NCBI GenBank assembly: GCA_963825525.1
Contig: CAWGTN010000002.1
Coordinates: 1,056,001-1,120,000 of the forward strand
From: an uncultured Chloroflexia bacterium
Lineage (GTDB): Bacteria > Chloroflexota > Limnocylindria > QHBO01
Direction of reading: 5' to 3'
DNA: 64,000 bases
Part shown: positions 1 through 8,849 of the stretch, one piece after another
Numbering within the stretch: position 1 is the stretch's first letter
Layout of the letters: every line of letters starts with the position of its first letter
Notes under the pieces: model-generated
The model's database searches: none
Told to the model about the DNA's origin: nothing
What the model saw: only the letters and a program-made list of their open reading frames with translations
Made by a program: the position numbers and the translations under genes

Positions 1-63
1 ACGATCATCGGCTCGGTGGGGTTCCTGGCGCTCCTGTGGCTCATGGTGGTCAAGCCGTTCTGA
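1..63 (+). CDS. 3' end of a small membrane protein (DUF2269-like C-terminus), partial
   Basis: Frame +1 reads TIIGSVGFLALLWLMVVKPF*. A hydrophobic helix ending in LMVxKPF is typical of this family. Truncated by the window edge. Confidence 0.4.
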   Translation, partial: TIIGSVGFLALLWLMVVKPF

Positions 64-103
64 CCGACGCGGTCGGTGCGTCGTCCCCTCTAGACTTCGC
101 GCC

Positions 104-780
104 ATGTTCCAGGCCATCCACATCATCGGCACCGGCCGCGCCGGGGGCGCGATTCGCGCCCGCCTGGTCGGGAGCATGGCCTGGCGGTCACCGATGGCCG
201 CGACGTGGAGCCCGACGCGGAGCTCGTGGTCATCTGCGTTCCCGACTCCGCGATCCCCGAGGTTGCGGCGACGGTGGAGATCGGACCGTGGGTGGCGCAC
301 GTCAGCGGAGCTACCCGGCTCGCCGCTCTCACACCGCACGAGCGTAGGTTCAGCATCCATCCCCTTCAGACGCTGAGCACGAGCCGCGGACCGGAGCAGC
401 TCGACGGTGCCTGGGCGGCGGTCAGCGGCGAGAACCCCGAGGCGCTGAAGCGGGCGCGATGGCTCGCCGAGACGCTCGGCCTCCGACCATTCGAGATCGC
501 CGAGGCCGACCGGGCGCTCTACCACGCGGCGGCGGTGATGGGTGGAAACTTCCTCGTCACCCTGCACCGGGCGGCCAGCCGTCTGCTCGACGAGGTGGGA
601 GTCCCGCCGGAGGCCATCGTCCCGCTCATGCGGCGCACGATCGAGAACGAGTTCGAACTCACCGGGCCCATCGCGCGGGGGGACTGGGCGACCGTCGAGG
701 CGCACCTCGCGGCGCTCGAGGAGCGGGCACCTGACCTGGTGCCGCTCTACCGGGTCATGGCCGAGGCCACACGCGAATGA
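104..780 (+). CDS. Rossmann-like/DUF2520 oxidoreductase (probable PanG-type ketopantoate reductase), frameshift near 170
   Basis: N-terminal IIGTGRAG nucleotide-binding motif in ORF 104. Continues in the 205 frame with VICVPD, HVSGA, FSIHPLQT and LYHAAAVMGGN. Directly upstream of panC. Confidence 0.75.
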
Positions 781-1579
781 GGATCGTCCGAACGGTCGCC
801 GATGTCCGAGAGGCGCTGGCGCCGGCCCGCGAGCGCGGCGATCGGATCGGGCTGGTGCCGACCATGGGCGCCTTCCATGCGGGCCACCTCGCGCTCATGC
901 GAGCCGCCCGGGCTTCCGTCGGACCTCGTGGTCGTCAGCCTGTTCGTCAACCCCGCGCAGTTCACCGCGGCGGAAGACCTCGCCCGCTACCCGCGCGACG
1001 AGGAGCGCGATGCCCGGGACGCCGGGGCGGAAGGGGTCGATCTGCTCTTCGCTCCGAACGTCGAGGAGCTGTATCCCGCCGGCTTCGAGACCCGGATTGA
1101 TCCAGGCTCCCTGGCGACCGTTCTCGAGGGAGCGGCTCGCCCCGGCCACTTCGCCGCGGTGGCCACCATCTGCACGAAGCTGTTCGCGATCGTCCAGCCC
1201 CACGCCGCGTGGTTCGGGCAGAAGGACGCTCAGCAGATCGCCGTCGTGCGGCGGGTGGTGGCGGACCTGGACCTGCCGCTCGAGATCACCGCGCTGCCAA
1301 CGGTGCGAGCGGATGACGGCCTGGCGCTCTCGTCACGCAACGTCTTCCTGTCCGCGAACGAGCGAGCGGCGGCATTGAGCCTGCCGCGGGCACTCGAGGC
1401 CGGCCTGGCGGCGCACGCCGAAGGGCGCGACGCGGTCGAGGCGGCAGCCAGCATCCTGCGCACCGCACCGGGACCTGACCGTCGAGTACGTCGAGGTCGC
1501 CGACTTCGACGGTCCCACGCTGGTCGCCGCAATCCGCGTCGGGTCGACGCGGCTGATCGACAACGTCCGGCTCGGATGA
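777..1579 (+). CDS. panC: Pantoate--beta-alanine ligase, split by two +1 frameshifts (~916, ~1471)
   Basis: GLVPTMGAFHAGH in frame 777. SLFVNPAQF, RPGHF, FGQKDAQQ and DGLALSSRN in frame 802. C-terminal VGSTRLIDN..G* in the third frame, ending at TGA 1577-1579. Confidence 0.9.
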
Positions 1580-1599
1580 CGGCCCGGGCCCGGCGCAAA

Positions 1600-1628
1600 T
1601 TGACAACCGATCGGCGCGGGTGGACGCT
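1600..1628 (+). promoter_or_regulatory. Putative sigma70 promoter for leaderless panB
   Basis: TTGACA at 1600-1605, 17-bp spacer, weak -10 GACGCT at 1623-1628, ATG 6 nt later with no SD. Confidence 0.5.
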
Positions 1629-1634
1629 AGCCCG

Positions 1635-2498
1635 ATGATGAAGGCCCACGCGCCAATCGGCCTGCCCGAGATCGCCGCCATGAAACGCGACGGCACGAAG
1701 ATCGTGATGGTGACGGCCTACGACCACCCATCGGCTCGACTGGCGTCCGAGGCCGGAATCGACATGATCCTGGTGGGTGATTCGGCGGGCAACAACGTCC
1801 TCGGATACGACTCCACCGTTCCGGTGACCATGGACGAGGCCGTCATGCTCACCGCGGCCGTGGCCCGCGCTCGGCCGCACTCGCTGGTCGTTGGCGACAT
1901 GCCGTTCGGGTCCTTCCAGGCATCGGATCGTGACGCGATCGGCAACGCGGTCCGCCTGGTCAAGGCCGGTGCCGATGCCGTGAAGCTCGAAGGGGCGGGG
2001 CCGATGGTGTCGCGCGTTCGCGCGATCGTCGACGGCGGGGTGCCGGTCATGGGCCACGTGGGCCTGACTCCGCAATCGGCGACGATGCTGGGCGGCATGA
2101 AAGCACAGGGACGGACGGCAGCCACGGCGCGCCGTCTGCTTCGCGACGCTCGAGAGCTCGAGGCGGCCGGCGCCTTCGCCCTGGTGCTCGAGTCGGTGCC
2201 GGCCCGGATTGCGGCACATGTGACGGAGACCCTCACCATCCCGACCATCGGGATCGGGGCCGGACCCGGTTGCGATGGACAGGTGCTCGTCTGGCACGAC
2301 CTGCTGGGCATCAACGAGGGAGAGGCCCCGCGCTTCGTGAAGCGCTACGCGGACCTCGCCAACCAGACGCGAGTCGGGCTGGCCGGCTTCGCAGCCGACG
2401 TCCGCGCGGGCGCTTACCCGGCCGACGAACACGAGTACAAGATCGCGAGCGAGGAGCTGAAGGCCTTCGAGGCCGATCTCGAGCGCACCAAGACCTAG
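1635..2498 (+). CDS. panB: 3-methyl-2-oxobutanoate hydroxymethyltransferase
   Basis: MVTAYD, ILVGDS, GDMPFGS, AVKLEG, GHVGLTPQ, IGIGAG and DGQVLVWHDLLG motifs. Confidence 0.95.
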   Translation: MMKAHAPIGLPEIAAMKRDGTKIVMVTAYDHPSARLASEAGIDMILVGDSAGNNVLGYDSTVPVTMDEAVMLTAAVARARPHSLVVGDMPFGSFQASDRDAIGNAVRLVKAGADAVKLEGAGPMVSRVRAIVDGGVPVMGHVGLTPQSATMLGGMKAQGRTAATARRLLRDARELEAAGAFALVLESVPARIAAHVTETLTIPTIGIGAGPGCDGQVLVWHDLLGINEGEAPRFVKRYADLANQTRVGLAGFAADVRAGAYPADEHEYKIASEELKAFEADLERTKT

Positions 2499-3388
2499 GC
2501 GTCGAGCCGAACGCTCCGTTCGATCGCTTCGCCGAGCGCGTCGTCCAACGCCGACGAGAGGGCGAACACCGTCTCAATGGTTGCGCGGCTGCCGTCGCCG
2601 CTGCTGACGGCAAAGACGACGTCCCCGTCCCACATCGTGTGGGCCGGCCGGATCAATCGGGCCAGGGTGTCATGAGCCAGCCCCGCCAGCGCCTGGCATT
2701 GCGCCCGATCCAGTGCGGCATCCGTTGCCACGACCACGAGGACGGTGTTGCCGGCCACGGGCGACGGTGCCGCTGGATCCGCCGCGGCAAGGACGCGACC
2801 GTCGCGGGCCGTGACGTTGCCAAGGCAGTTGTTGGCGACCAGCGCACCCACCAGGTGGCCATCGGTCATCCGTCGCGCAGCGCTGCCGATGCCCGCCGGC
2901 ACGCCCGCCCCGCCGAGCTTTGCGACGGTGGCGCCGGTGCCTGCGCCCACCCGGCCCTCGAGCGGTCCCTCGTTCGCCTCGGCAGCCAGCGTGGCGAGAT
3001 GGCCGGCATCCGGGCCGGGGAACGCCGTCGGATCGCCGATCCCGAGGTCGTAGAGGATGGCGGCCGGCACGATCGGCACCGGTCGGACCGGCGTGACGAA
3101 GCCGACGCCGCGTTCCGCCAGGCGGCGCATGACCCCGTCCGCCGCACCGAGCCCGAACGCAGACCCGCCGGCAAGGCAGATGGCGTTCACCCGCTCGACG
3201 AGTGCCGTCGGACGAAGCAGGTCCGTTTCGCGGGTGCCCGGCGCGGAGCCGCGCACGTCGACCCCGGCGACCATCCCGTCGTCATCGGCAAGGATCACGG
3301 TGCAGCCGGTTGCCGCGGCGGTATCGGTCCAGTGGCCAACCCGGATGCCGGGCACGTCGCGGATGGTGAGGCGCGGCACGGTGCTCAT
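2495..3388 (-). CDS. P1/S58 family self-processing hydrolase (DmpA/ThnT/NylC-like)
   Basis: VPGIRVGH, DVRGSAPGTRET, GGSAFGL, GAGTGA, GN|T cleavage site, HTMWDGD. Start set at MSTVP (3388), overlapping the upstream stop. Confidence 0.85.
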   Translation of the reverse strand: MSTVPRLTIRDVPGIRVGHWTDTAAATGCTVILADDDGMVAGVDVRGSAPGTRETDLLRPTALVERVNAICLAGGSAFGLGAADGVMRRLAERGVGFVTPVRPVPIVPAAILYDLGIGDPTAFPGPDAGHLATLAAEANEGPLEGRVGAGTGATVAKLGGAGVPAGIGSAARRMTDGHLVGALVANNCLGNVTARDGRVLAAADPAAPSPVAGNTVLVVVATDAALDRAQCQALAGLAHDTLARLIRPAHTMWDGDVVFAVSSGDGSRATIETVFALSSALDDALGEAIERSVRLDA

Positions 3389-4170
3389 CGGCGCAACCAG
3401 TCGAGGACGAGCCGCAGGTAGTCGTCGAAACGGTCGCGGTGGACCGTGTGACCGGAGTCCGCGACGTGGATGCGGGAGTGCGGCGGCAGGGTGGACTCGA
3501 GCTGCCGTCGCGCGGCACCCCACAGGACGGATCGGTCCTCGGCGGCAAGGACGTAGAGCGCAGGCGGCGCGAGCTGTGGAGCGACCTCGAGCACGCGGGC
3601 GCCGGTGTGACGCCGGAACGACGCCATGAGCCCCGGCCGATCCGCCAGCTGCTTGCCCTCCACGTCCTGGCGCGCATCCTCCTCGAGCCAGGATGGATTC
3701 TCCGCGAGCTCGCGGGCGACCTCACCCTCCGGGTCATCGACCGCGGCGAGCAGCTCGCGCTCGAGATTCTCCTGCCAGTCGACGTCGTCGGCGCGGACCA
3801 CCGACGGCGGGTCCTCGAGGACGAGGCGTCCGATCAGCTCCGGCCGGAGGAAGGCGAGCTCCGCCGCCACCGCTCCCCCCAGGGAGTGCCCGATGAGGGC
3901 ATCGACGTGCCCACCCATGCCCTCGATGAGCGATCCGACATCGGCCGCCAACTGGCCGACGGTCGCGTAGCCGTCAATCCGTGGGCTGTGGCCATGCCCG
4001 CGCAGGTCGACCGCAACGACGTGCCAGCCCGCGCTGGCGAGGGCCGGACCCACTCGCCACCAGGTGCGCCACCACCCCGTCACGCCATGGACGAGCACCA
4101 CGGTCGGCGCCGATCCGTCGGCATCTTCCGCCGGCCATTCGTGGGTGGCGAGGGCAAGCGGCTCGTTCAT
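3385..4170 (-). CDS. Alpha/beta-fold hydrolase
   Basis: VLVHG, DLRGHGHS, GHSLGG nucleophile elbow, SGHTVH. Confidence 0.88.
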   Translation of the reverse strand: MNEPLALATHEWPAEDADGSAPTVVLVHGVTGWWRTWWRVGPALASAGWHVVAVDLRGHGHSPRIDGYATVGQLAADVGSLIEGMGGHVDALIGHSLGGAVAAELAFLRPELIGRLVLEDPPSVVRADDVDWQENLERELLAAVDDPEGEVARELAENPSWLEEDARQDVEGKQLADRPGLMASFRRHTGARVLEVAPQLAPPALYVLAAEDRSVLWGAARRQLESTLPPHSRIHVADSGHTVHRDRFDDYLRLVLDWLRR

Positions 4171-4219
4171 CAGCCGATGCTACGGCACCCGCGGTACGTG
4201 GCGTGCAAGGGCTGGCGAC

Positions 4220-5878
4220 ATGAGCCTCGAAGCGACCAGCGACCTGTGGTGGAAGAACGCGATCATCTACTGCGTCGACACCCAGGCCTTTCTCGACACG
4301 AACGGCGACGGCGTCGGCGACCTCGACGGGCTGACCCAGCGCATCGACTACCTGGCCGGCCTGGGCGTGACCTGCCTGTGGCTGATGCCGATCTACCCGT
4401 CCCCTGAACGCGACTACGGCTACGACGTGGCCGACTACTACGGCGTGGCCGACAAGTACGGCAGCCTGGGCGACCTCGTCGAGCTGGTGCGAACCGCGAA
4501 GGAGCGCGGCATCCGGGTCATCGCCGACCTCGTGGTCAACCACACCTCGGTCGACCATCCCTGGTTCCAGATGGCGCGCCAGGGCCACCCGATCTACCGC
4601 GACTTCTACGTCTGGGCCGATGAGAAGCCGCCGAACGCCGAGGAAGGAATCATCTTCCCGGGCAAGCAGGAGAGCATCTGGTCCTACGACCGAGCGGCGA
4701 AGCGCTGGTACATGCACCGCTTCTATCCGTTCCAGCCGGACCTCAACATCAACAACCCGCTCGTGCGCAACGAGATCCACAAGGTCATCGGCTTCTGGCT
4801 CGAGCTCGGGCTGTCGGGATTCCGCGTGGATGCCGTGCCGTTCCTCATCGAGCAGGTCAGCCCGGGCAACCCCGCCGTCACCGACCCGCACGACTACCTC
4901 CGCGACCTCGGCGACTTCATGGTTCGGCGCCGCGGCGACGCCATGCTGCTGGCCGAGGCGAACGAACCGGCTGACAAGCTCGCGACCTACTTCGGTGAGC
5001 GCGGCAACCAGATGGACATGCTGTTCAGCTTCATCACCAACCAGGCGCTCTACCTGTCGTTCGTGCGCGGCGACGCCACGCCGGTCGCCGATGCGCTGCG
5101 CTCGCTGCCGCCCATCCCGTCGCAGGCCCAGTGGGCGAACTTCATCAAGAACCACGACGAGGCGTCGCTCGACAAGCTGTCCGACTCGGAGCGCGAGGAG
5201 GTCTTCGCGGCCTTCGCCCCGAAGAAGTCGATGCGCCTGTTCGACCGTGGCATCCGGCGGCGCTTCCCACCGATGGTCGACGGCGACCGGCGTCGCATGG
5301 AGCTCGCGTACAGCCTGCTGTTCAGCCTGCCGGGCACGCCTGTCCTGTTCTACGGCGAGGAGATCGGCCTGGGTGACAACCTGGCCATGACCGACCGCGA
5401 GGCGGTGCGCCTGCCGATGCAATGGTCGGATCGGCCCGGCGGCGGGTTCACGACCGCGGACGAGGGCGACCTGCCGCGACCGATGCTCAAGGACGGACCG
5501 TTCGGCTATCCCAAGCTCAACGTCGAGGAGCAGCGCCGCGACCCGGGCTCGTTCCTGAACTGGACCGAGCGCGCGATCCGGACGCGCAAGGAATGGCCGG
5601 AGTTCGGCTGGGGCACCTGGCAGGTCGTCGGAACGCGCAATCCCGCGGTGCTGGCCCACGTCGCCACCTGGGACGGTGCGTCCGTGCTGGCGGTCCACAA
5701 CTTCTCCGACGCGCCGGCCAAGCTGACAGTGCAGATCCCACCGGACGCGCGTGGTGAACGCTGGCGGCACATCTTCGGGGCCGGCGACGAAGAGGCACCC
5801 GAGATCTCGGGCGATCGGCTCACCTGCGAGATGGCGCCCTACGGCTATCACTGGTACGGACGAAAGGAGGGCGTCTGA
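4220..5878 (+). CDS. GH13 alpha-amylase family protein, trehalose synthase (TreS)-like
   Basis: WWKNAIIY, DTNGDGVGD, GFRVDAVPF (nucleophile D), LAEAN (acid/base E), NHDE, FYGEEIG. Start at ATG 4220. Confidence 0.88.
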   Translation: MSLEATSDLWWKNAIIYCVDTQAFLDTNGDGVGDLDGLTQRIDYLAGLGVTCLWLMPIYPSPERDYGYDVADYYGVADKYGSLGDLVELVRTAKERGIRVIADLVVNHTSVDHPWFQMARQGHPIYRDFYVWADEKPPNAEEGIIFPGKQESIWSYDRAAKRWYMHRFYPFQPDLNINNPLVRNEIHKVIGFWLELGLSGFRVDAVPFLIEQVSPGNPAVTDPHDYLRDLGDFMVRRRGDAMLLAEANEPADKLATYFGERGNQMDMLFSFITNQALYLSFVRGDATPVADALRSLPPIPSQAQWANFIKNHDEASLDKLSDSEREEVFAAFAPKKSMRLFDRGIRRRFPPMVDGDRRRMELAYSLLFSLPGTPVLFYGEEIGLGDNLAMTDREAVRLPMQWSDRPGGGFTTADEGDLPRPMLKDGPFGYPKLNVEEQRRDPGSFLNWTERAIRTRKEWPEFGWGTWQVVGTRNPAVLAHVATWDGASVLAVHNFSDAPAKLTVQIPPDARGERWRHIFGAGDEEAPEISGDRLTCEMAPYGYHWYGRKEGV

Positions 5879-6840
5879 TGGCCCCGATCATCGGCTTCCA
5901 CGCCAGCCACGAGCAGTTCCGGCCGGATCGGCTGCTGCGCCTGGTGCAGTCGGCGGAGGCGGCGGGCTTCGGGGCCGCGATGTGCTCGGATCACTGGGCG
6001 CCGTGGAGCGAGGCCCAGGGCGAGTCTGGCTTCGCATGGTCGTGGCTGGGGGCGGCGCTCCAGGCCACCTCGCTCCAGTTCGGCGTGGTGAACGCTCCCG
6101 GCCAGCGCTACCACCCGGCGATCATCGCCCAGGCCGCCGCAACCCTGAACGTCATGTTCCCCGAGCGCTTCTGGATCGCGGTCGGATCCGGCCAGCTGCT
6201 GAACGAGCACATCACCGGCGAGCGCTGGCCGGCGAAGCCGGAGCGCAACGAGCGGCTGCGCGAAAGCGCTGACATCATGCGTCGTCTGTGGGACGGTGAG
6301 ACGGTCTCACATGACGGCCACGTCACGGTCTCCGAGGCAACGCTCTGGACGCGTCCCGAGCGGCCGACGATGCTCGTCGGCGCGGCCGTGACCCCGGAGA
6401 CCGCGGGCTGGGTCGCCGAATGGGCCGATGCACTGATCACCGTGGTCCAGGCCGATGACCAGCTGGATCGCATCGTCGACGCGTTCCGGTCCAACGGTGG
6501 CGAGGGCAAGCCGATGTACCTCCAGGTGCATCTTGCCTACGCCCCCACCGAATCCGAGGCGCGCGACGCAGCCTTCGCCCAGTGGGGCCAGAACTGCCTG
6601 CCGAACTCGGTCATGACCGACCTGTCCCACCCGTCGCAGATCAAGGATGCGTCGCAGCACGTGGCCCCACAGGACCTCGATGACGCGGTGCGCATCTCGT
6701 CGGACACTGGGCAGCACGTCGAGTGGCTGCAGCGCGAGCTTGCGCGCGGGTTCGATCGGCTCTACCTCCACGAGGTCGGCCCTGAGCAGGAACGGTTCGT
6801 CGAGACCTTCGGCCGGGATGTGCTCCCCCGCCTTCGCTGA
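5878..6840 (+). CDS. LLM-class flavin-dependent oxidoreductase (TIGR03885-like)
   Basis: GFHASHEQ, MCSDHWAPWS, GFAWSWLGAAL, RYHPAIIAQA. Translationally coupled to the GH13 gene (TGATG). Confidence 0.85.
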   Translation: MAPIIGFHASHEQFRPDRLLRLVQSAEAAGFGAAMCSDHWAPWSEAQGESGFAWSWLGAALQATSLQFGVVNAPGQRYHPAIIAQAAATLNVMFPERFWIAVGSGQLLNEHITGERWPAKPERNERLRESADIMRRLWDGETVSHDGHVTVSEATLWTRPERPTMLVGAAVTPETAGWVAEWADALITVVQADDQLDRIVDAFRSNGGEGKPMYLQVHLAYAPTESEARDAAFAQWGQNCLPNSVMTDLSHPSQIKDASQHVAPQDLDDAVRISSDTGQHVEWLQRELARGFDRLYLHEVGPEQERFVETFGRDVLPRLR

Positions 6841-6857
6841 AGGTCTGCGATCATGGC

Positions 6858-7658
6858 ATGACCATGGCCGCACTCGGAGCGAAGGAACGGGCGAAGCTCC
6901 CGGATTCCGCCTTCGCCTACATCGACGCCGACAAGCGTCGCCTGCTCCCGATTCACGACGAGCCGCACGTCCGCAATGCGCTGGCGCGATTCAACCGAGT
7001 CGTCTTCGAGGACGAGGAGGCGCGCGATCGTGCCCGTTCGCGGCTGCTCAAGGCGGCAAAGCGTCACGGCCTGGTCCCGGTCGGGTTCATCGAGGGCCAG
7101 CTCCGACCCAAGCTGCCGACCGGTCAGCTCACGCTTCTGTTCGCCGATGTCGAGAACTCGAGTCGCCTGACCTCGGAGCTCGGAGAGCGATACGGCTCCC
7201 TCCTCAATGCGGTTCGGCGCATCGAGCGCACGGCCATTCGCCGCACCGGCGGCTTCGAGGTGGATGCCAGGGCCGATGAATTCTTTGCCGTGTTCGAGCG
7301 GGCCGCCGATGCCCTGGAAGCATCGATCGCCATGCAGCGCGCATTCGGGTCGCACGCATGGCCCGACGAGGCCTCGGTCCGCGTCAGGATCGGGCTGCAC
7401 ACCGGACGCCCGACCCGCACGCCGGGCGGCTACCAGGGGATCGCGGTCAATGCCGGCGCCCGGCTGTGCTCGTGCGGCCACGGGGGCCAGATCCTCGTCT
7501 CGCGTACCGCCCGGGCGGCGCTGGGCGAGGACACTACGGTCGAGCTGCGACATCTCGGGACGTATCGGCTGCGCGGCATCCCCGACGAGCACGAGATCTA
7601 CCAGGTCGTGGCTAAGGATCTCCTCGACGGATTCCCGGCACTGCGCATCGAGGCTTAG
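6858..7658 (+). CDS. DUF6582-like N-terminal domain fused to a class III adenylate/guanylate cyclase domain
   Basis: N-terminal ERAKLPDSAFAY..LPIHDEPHVRNALARF. C-terminal LFADVENS, ADEFFAVF, RIGLHTG, VNAGARL, GGQILVS. Confidence 0.8.
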   Translation: MTMAALGAKERAKLPDSAFAYIDADKRRLLPIHDEPHVRNALARFNRVVFEDEEARDRARSRLLKAAKRHGLVPVGFIEGQLRPKLPTGQLTLLFADVENSSRLTSELGERYGSLLNAVRRIERTAIRRTGGFEVDARADEFFAVFERAADALEASIAMQRAFGSHAWPDEASVRVRIGLHTGRPTRTPGGYQGIAVNAGARLCSCGHGGQILVSRTARAALGEDTTVELRHLGTYRLRGIPDEHEIYQVVAKDLLDGFPALRIEA

Positions 7659-8520
7659 CCTCCGGCCGGTCCGAGCTCACGGATTGGCACGCCGTTCACC
7701 TCGCTGAGCGAGTGGACACCGAATGCTCCGTCGAGCGAGCAGGCTGGATCGGGCTCGTTCGCCCAATTTGCACCTTCCCCGAGACCATACTCACCGCCGC
7801 CGAATCTCACATGGTCTCCGTGACGGAGCTCGATGGCCACGTCGCCGACTGGATCCCAGAACGTGATCGACTCGCGATCGACATTCCAGCGCACCTGGGC
7901 GCTGCGGAAGATCATGGTCGCGCCGCTCACGCTGACGCACTCGGCGTCGACCCGCAGCAAACCGCCGAATGCCGCCAAGTCCCCGCTGTCGGCCTCCGCC
8001 TCGACGACGGCAAGCGGACCCCACGGGCCATCTCCGAACTCCGGCACCGGGCGGACAGGGACCGGTGGCAAACGCTCGACGCGCTCCTCGATCTCCATCG
8101 CCGACATGAGGAGTGACAACCGCTCGAACATCGGGTAGCCAGAGGTCTCGATCGCGGCGAGCAAATCGCCCGAGAGCATCGGGCTCAGTGTTTCGGCGAA
8201 GTCGGCATACAGGCATTCGCCACCCAGGCCGGCAGTGAACACGTGGTCAACGGTGATCCCCGCGAGTGACTCGGTCGATCGTTCGATGAGGTCATGAGCT
8301 GCGCCCGCGGAGCCCGCGGTCGCAATCCGAGGAATCCAGGCGTCCGATGAGCTCGCGCGAGAATTCCGCCGCAACTTCGTCGCATGTCGTTCCCACAAAG
8401 CCCGGCGCGATGGCTGATCATCGGGGCTTCAGTCCCCACCGTGGAGGGCGTCGGGGCATCGGCGGCGCAGGCGCTCACGAGGAGCACGATTCCCAAGATT
8501 CCCCAGCTAGCGCGCCGCAC
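7655..8520 (-). CDS. Hypothetical lipoprotein, apparently frameshifted near 8400-8430
   Basis: GTG 8520 gives a signal peptide with a lipobox (MRRASWGILGIVLLVSA|C), preceded by TACACT-6nt. The plausible continuation is ORF 7655..8398 in another frame. Confidence 0.5.
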
Positions 8521-8552
8521 GGCAGCAGTGTACTGGCGCTGATGAGGGGAGC

Positions 8553-8628
8553 TGGTCGGGGCGAGAGGACTCGAACCTCCGACCTCGTCGTCCCGAACGA
8601 CGCGCGCTACCTACTGCGCCACGCCCCG
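8553..8628 (-). tRNA. tRNA-Pro(CGG)
   Basis: Cloverleaf CGGGGCG..CGCCCCG-ACCA. Anticodon arm CGTCG-TTCGGGA-CGACG. TTCGA T-loop. Upstream -10 TAGGAT. Confidence 0.97.
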
Positions 8629-8657
8629 ACCGAAGAGTCGCATCCTAGCAGGCGGGC

Positions 8658-8813
8658 CGTGGGGGGTCCAACGTACCCACTGGCCGGCGGACACGGAAAT
8701 GTCCCGAAGGAACCGTGGCGACCGTTGATGTGATCTCGGACCGCCGACTGCCCCTTCGGGACGACATCATCATGGCGCCCGACCTGGCGCGTGATCAATC
8801 CCCTTTGTCCACG
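8658..8813 (-). ncRNA. Candidate structured non-coding RNA (long imperfect hairpin, 6S-like architecture)
   Basis: Nested inverted repeats: CGTGG/CCACG ends, GGGG/CCCC, perfect 10-bp GTCCCGAAGG (8701-8710)/CCTTCGGGAC (8753-8762), inner GGCG/CGCC and CCG/CGG. Several +strand mismatches become G-U pairs on the - strand. Confidence 0.5.
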
Positions 8814-8835
8814 AGATCGAGCGGCCGATCAGGAC

Positions 8836-8844
8836 TTATCCACA
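8836..8844 (+). promoter_or_regulatory. Perfect DnaA-box sequence TTATCCACA
   Basis: Exact consensus 9-mer just after the serA stop. A near-match TTGTCCACG lies at 8805-8813. Confidence 0.4.
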
Positions 8845-8849
8845 CCCCA

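Noticed and set aside
777-1579. Programmed ribosomal frameshifting in panC
   Set aside because: No slippery heptamer. Two same-sign single-base insertions match the indel pattern seen in other genes.
6858-7658. Cyclase as a Pycsar/CBASS-type anti-phage system
   Set aside because: No adjacent TIR or transmembrane effector with a cyclic-nucleotide-binding domain, and no defence-island context.
8629-8849. Replication origin
   Set aside because: Only two DnaA boxes, no AT-rich unwinding element, and no dnaA/dnaN nearby.
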